This document shows, one piece after another, positions 35,330 to 39,914 of a stretch of DNA of 39,914 bases. Positions within the stretch are counted from its first letter, which is position 1, and each line of letters starts with the position of its first letter. The DNA lies in NCBI RefSeq assembly GCF_001194135.2, contig NC_068988.1, positions 40,828,484 to 40,868,397 on the forward strand, given 5' to 3'. Under the pieces are notes generated by a model. That model did not search any database. It was given only the letters and a program-made list of their open reading frames with translations, and was not told the DNA's origin. The position numbers were made by a program, and so were the translations under genes. This DNA is from Octopus bimaculoides. Taxonomy: Eukaryota.

Positions 35330-36070
35330 GGCACTAGGTCTGCAAGTTTAGAGTGGTGGGCAAGTCAATCACATAGCCCCTTGTACTTGACTAATAGTTT
35401 TATTTTATCGATCTCGAATGGATGAATGTCCACGTTGACCTCGGCAGAATTTTAACTCTGAACAAAAAGGCATCAAACCAAGTACTGAAAGGTACTTTCT
35501 TCGACATTTTTTAATCTATTCTGCTAATCGACTGCCTGATAATAAGGCCAGCAATTTTCAAGAGAATAAGCCGATTACATCAACTACTGTGCTCAACTGG
35601 TATTTGTTTTACCGTCCTCGAAAGGATAAGAGGCAAAGTGAGTCTCGGTTGTCTTTTGAACTCACACGGTATAGAACTTGAAAAAATTCCGCTATTAATT
35701 TACACGATGTGATAACGATTCTACCAGATCGTCGCCTTAATAATGGTTTCAAATTATGGCTCATCACCAGTAATTTAAGAGAAAAAGGGATAAATCGATT
35801 ACATCCACCCAGTGATTGGTACTTTATTTTATCAACCCCGATGGGATGAAATGCAAAGTTCGCCTCCGTTGTATCTAAACTCAGAAAGCATAAAGAGAGC
35901 CAGAAGAAATTCCACATAAACATTTTGTCCGGCGTGCTAATGATTCTGAAAGTTTGGTGTCAAATAATGGCAATAGATTGGACACAAGCGCATCAATTTG
36001 GGAAGGTAGCTTAGTGGAGAAAATCGACTCCAATACCATTTTTACTATATTTATTGACTCAGGTACGATA
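35330..36070 (-). mobile_element. Head-to-tail array of 3-4 decayed family B SINEs
   Basis: Units at ~35330-35537, 35543-35738, 35743-35962 and a partial unit at 35968-36070. Each repeats remnants of the TTTATC.A.C.CG..AGGAT..A core, and short ATAAT spacers separate them. Confidence 0.6.
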
Positions 36071-36707
36071 AATGGTTAAAACTTAGAAATATATATTTTT
36101 TTAAACCTACTACTTATTGTTATTGTCACCCAACAGAATTTGTTGCTGCTGCTCATGTTTCTACGCTAGATGTTCGACGTTGAAATATCAGTTCAGTGGC
36201 GTTATATAGAATTGACCACTGATTTAATACGTCTGGAGAGATCTGACCTTGAAATCTGTACTTTGAGCAAGTGTGGTAGAGTAATTTGCATTCGAAACAT
36301 AAACGTAACACACTACATCTGGACATATTGTGCGTCGCTCCAGCATTACAGCCAATTTACCTAATAAAAGGAATAATAAGACAAAGTTAAAAATGAAAAC
36401 AACAAAGCCAAAGTAAATAACAATTATAACATTGTTAGCAAAAATAATATAAACAATGAAATTATTACAAGCAATAAAACAACAAGATAATAATGATTCT
36501 TTTAATTACAGAATATAGTATGTGTTTGAGCAACGATTAAAGTAATGACAACAATTACGATATAACTAACAATACTTTTATATGTACGTACATTACTACA
36601 GCTTGAATAAACACAATGTTTTGTCTTTGAAATATCGCATGCATCCCTGTTTTTGTTTGCTTTTTTCTCAATGACATTTATCTCTCCCATAATTTTGCGT
36701 GTGCGAG

Positions 36708-36762
<55 letters not shown>

Positions 36763-36891
36763 NNNNNNNNNNNNNNNNNNNNNNNNNNNNNNNNNNNNNN
36801 NNNNNNNNNNNNNNNNNNNNNNNNNNNNNNNNNNNNNNNNNNNNNNNNNNNNNNNNNNNNNNNNNNNNNNNNNNNNNNNNNNNNNNNNNNN

Positions 36892-36931
<40 letters not shown>

Positions 36932-37277
36932 GAGAGAGAGAGAGAGAGAGAGAGATTCATATTAGTATATTAATATATATGTATAAATCTATACACATAC
37001 ACACACACACAAACACACAAGCGCCCAGACATATATGTATATATATGTTTGTATGCATGTGTACTTGCATCTATGTCCCTATGTGTATTTCATATATATT
37101 ATGCTCTTGTACGTGTTTGTGTCTGTGGTCATGTGTAATTGTTTAACCACGCTTTTTAATTATATCTATGAATATGCATGAAACACTTACATAATGAAGA
37201 AAAGAATACTCTCAGAAACAATTTACTAAAAGTCGAAGAGAATATACTAAGTTTTTCTTCACAAAATATTGTAGTAA

Positions 37278-37481
37278 TGGCTTCAAATTTTGACACAAGG
37301 TCAGTAATTTCGGACAAGAGGATAAGTCCATTATATTGACTCCAGTGCTCCACTGGTACTTATTTTATCGATCTCGATACAATGAAAGGCAAAGTCGACA
37401 TCGACATAATTTGAACTCGGAACGAAATGCAGTATAGGGTTTTGACCAGCGTGCTAACGATTCTGCAAGCTCACCGCCTTA
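37278..37481 (-). mobile_element. Family B tRNA-SINE
   Basis: GACACAAGG...CTGGTACTTATTTTATCGA...GGCAAAGTCGAC...GTGCTAACGATTCTGCAAGCTCACCGCCTT. Confidence 0.72.
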
Positions 37482-37983
37482 GTACTAATAATAATAATAA
37501 TAAGAAGAAGAAGAAGAAGAAGAAGAAGAATGATGATGATGACGATAATAATAATAATAATAATGTCGATAAGGGTTTCTAACATAGGTACAACCATACA
37601 TTTAGAAGTAAAGTGTTTTTACTACGTTCGCATGAATGTACGCAATGTTGTCCGCGACGGGATGTAAAATATAAAAATAAAGAATCGTAATACTTTTCAT
37701 CCGGTGCTCTACAAGTTATGCTATATACCATGAAAAGCCGCGTAATAATGATGATGTCAATCATAGGCAGAAGGTGGCACAATTTTGAAAGGTTCACAGT
37801 CATTGTAACTGTCTCCAGTATTTGACTAATACAGTGTTTTATCGCCGCCAGAGCAATGAATGGCAAAGCTGGTAATTTCAGGATTCGAACTCGAAATACT
37901 GAGGTATATAATTAAATACCACAAAGCATTTTGCCCACTTCTCAACCAATTTCGTCATTCCACTTTTTAAATACTTTTAATAA

Positions 37984-38179
37984 TAAGGCTTAAACTTTTT
38001 AGGAAGATGTTAGTCGATTACATTGGCACCAGCAATTAACTGATACTTTATATAATCGACCCTGAATAAAGGGTGGCAACGTCAACCTCGACGTTATTTG
38101 AAATCAGAAGGTAAATCCGAAAGAAATGCTAATAAGTGTTTTGTCCGATTTGCTAACGATTCTGCCAGCTTGCCGCCTT
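37984..38179 (-). mobile_element. Decayed family B tRNA-SINE
   Basis: AGTCGATTACAT...ATCGACCC...GTCAACCTCG...GCTAACGATTCTGCCAGCTTGCCGCCTT. Confidence 0.65.
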
Positions 38180-38228
38180 CTTAATTATAATAATTGTAAT
38201 TTCTTAAATAGGCAGATACAAAGTTATG

Positions 38229-38292
<64 letters not shown>

Positions 38293-38294
<2 letters not shown>

Positions 38295-38485
38295 CCTTTC
38301 TACTATAGACACAAGGCCAGTCAATTAGATCGACCCTAGTGCACAACTGGTACTTAACTCATGGAACCCGAAACGATGAAAGGCAAAGTCGACTACAGCG
38401 GAATTTGAACCTAGAACGTAGCGACGGGCGAAATACCGCAAGCATTTCGTCCAGCGTGCTAAAGTTTCTGCCAGTTTGCCGCCTT
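38293..38485 (-). mobile_element. Family B tRNA-SINE with (AAT)n on both sides
   Basis: ATCCTTTCTACTATAGACACAAGGCC...GGCAAAGTCGAC..AATTTGAAC...GCCAGTTTGCCGCCTT. Confidence 0.8.
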
Positions 38486-38486
38486 C

Positions 38487-38549
<63 letters not shown>

Positions 38550-38560
38550 TATTATTATTA

Positions 38561-38615
<55 letters not shown>

Positions 38616-38761
38616 NNNNNNNNNNNNNNNNNNNNNNNNNNNNNNNNNNNNNNNNNNNNNNNNNNNNNNNNNNNNNNNNNNNNNNNNNNNNNNNNNNNNN
38701 NNNNNNNNNNNNNNNNNNNNNNNNNNNNNNNNNNNNNNNNNNNNNNNNNNNNNNNNNNNNN

Positions 38762-38815
38762 GGCTTCGACGACGAGTGTTGCAGTTGATCCGATCTATGG
38801 AACAGCCTGCTCGCG
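38762..38815 (-). mobile_element. Fragment of SINE tail X at a gap edge
   Basis: Reverse complement CGAGCAGGCTGTTCC.TAGATCGGATCAACTG matches 4940-4975. Confidence 0.65.
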
Positions 38816-39829
38816 AAGAAGAAAGAGAAAACAAACATGAAAAAATTTAATCAAATAAAATTAGTTACTTATTAAACCAAGGATGGTAATTTATATATTT
38901 TATTTTAAGTACAAAGATTTAAAGCCACATAACTGTCCTGTCATGCCAATTCCATAGGTTTTTAAATCCTTGATGGGGCCGGAAGAGCACAGCATGTTTT
39001 TGCCTTTTTTTTTTTTTTCTTTTTTAAGATATGGTAGAGATCATAACATTCCCGTTTGGAGTACATTCAATTTTTTTCTGAACGAGAGAAAGAGCCAAGG
39101 AGAAAGAGTTAAAGATGGAAAAGAATCAACGCCCAGTACTAGACTAGAATTTTATCTCTCGACCTCGGAAGGTTGAACGACATTGATCACACTAGGCTGT
39201 CTGACATTTCTAACGGCACTGCTAATTAATTGTTGCCTTAATATATAATAGAGAAACTGGCCTTGTGCCAAAATTTGAAACCAATAAAGAGAAAGTAGCA
39301 AACTGTGATGTTCATTATATTTTGGAGGTGTTTTTATCGTTATTGTGTAACCCAAGATCTACTCAGGTAGAATTGATACAAAGCCTAAAGTGCTCAGATG
39401 TGAACACCGCGTCGTTTTTCAGCAATTACCTACACTGTGGATAAGAGACATGAATATCCAACGAATATCTTTTATAAAGACAATACAACATAAATATAGT
39501 AAGATTTCCTTACTACTTTTATAAGAAGTAGTAACAGGGGAGTTGATACTCTCGTTCGTTTGAGGCGTGGTGTCGCGTTTCCTTTGATGAGCGGTGTTGA
39601 GAAATAGTTGCGAACGCACGACGAACGAAAGATGAAGAAGTGAAAAGCACAAAGAGGGTTAACCCTTCTAATACACGATGAAAATTCAAATTCTAAGAAT
39701 ATTCAAATTGAAATGTCGGATGTTATATCAATCTTAATACAATGCAGCTTCAACAAAATATTTATAGAGTATTTTGAAGAAAAGATTCAAGAATGTATTT
39801 ATTCAATTAGGGTTGATACACACATTCAA

Positions 39830-39845
39830 ACGCGCGCGCGCGCAA

Positions 39846-39914
<69 letters not shown>
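39830..39914. repeat. (CG)n followed by (CA)n microsatellite
   Basis: Seen directly at the window end. Confidence 0.97.

Overview
Eukaryotic, AT-rich, repeat-dominated DNA with no recognisable host gene. About 6.4 kb (~16%) is N-gap, and most gaps abut microsatellites. The density of (TA)n, (CA)n, (TACA)n, (GATA)n and (AAT)n repeats and the SINE families suggest an octopus-like cephalopod genome (inference). All long ORFs in the track are microsatellite or gap artefacts, or decayed transposon remnants. Supported content: (i) four 5'-truncated, degraded R4/Dong-type (RLE endonuclease) non-LTR retrotransposon fragments, three bounded by (TATG)n and one by (ATT)n; (ii) more than 20 tRNA-derived SINE copies from at least four modular head/core/tail families, three insertions with clear TSDs; (iii) three copies of a mariner-derived MITE and one probable hAT MITE; (iv) two inverted-repeat structures (5497-6175 and 21241-21318), each carrying a different minimal type I hammerhead-ribozyme motif of the kind associated with Penelope-like elements. 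The most interesting candidate is the first: a tRNA-like Pol III head + (AAT)n + hammerhead unit joined head-to-head to a 5'-truncated inverted copy of itself. This looks like a SINE-like element mobilised by Penelope machinery. Family names and ribozyme calls come from manual motif recognition only; no database search or folding computation was run.
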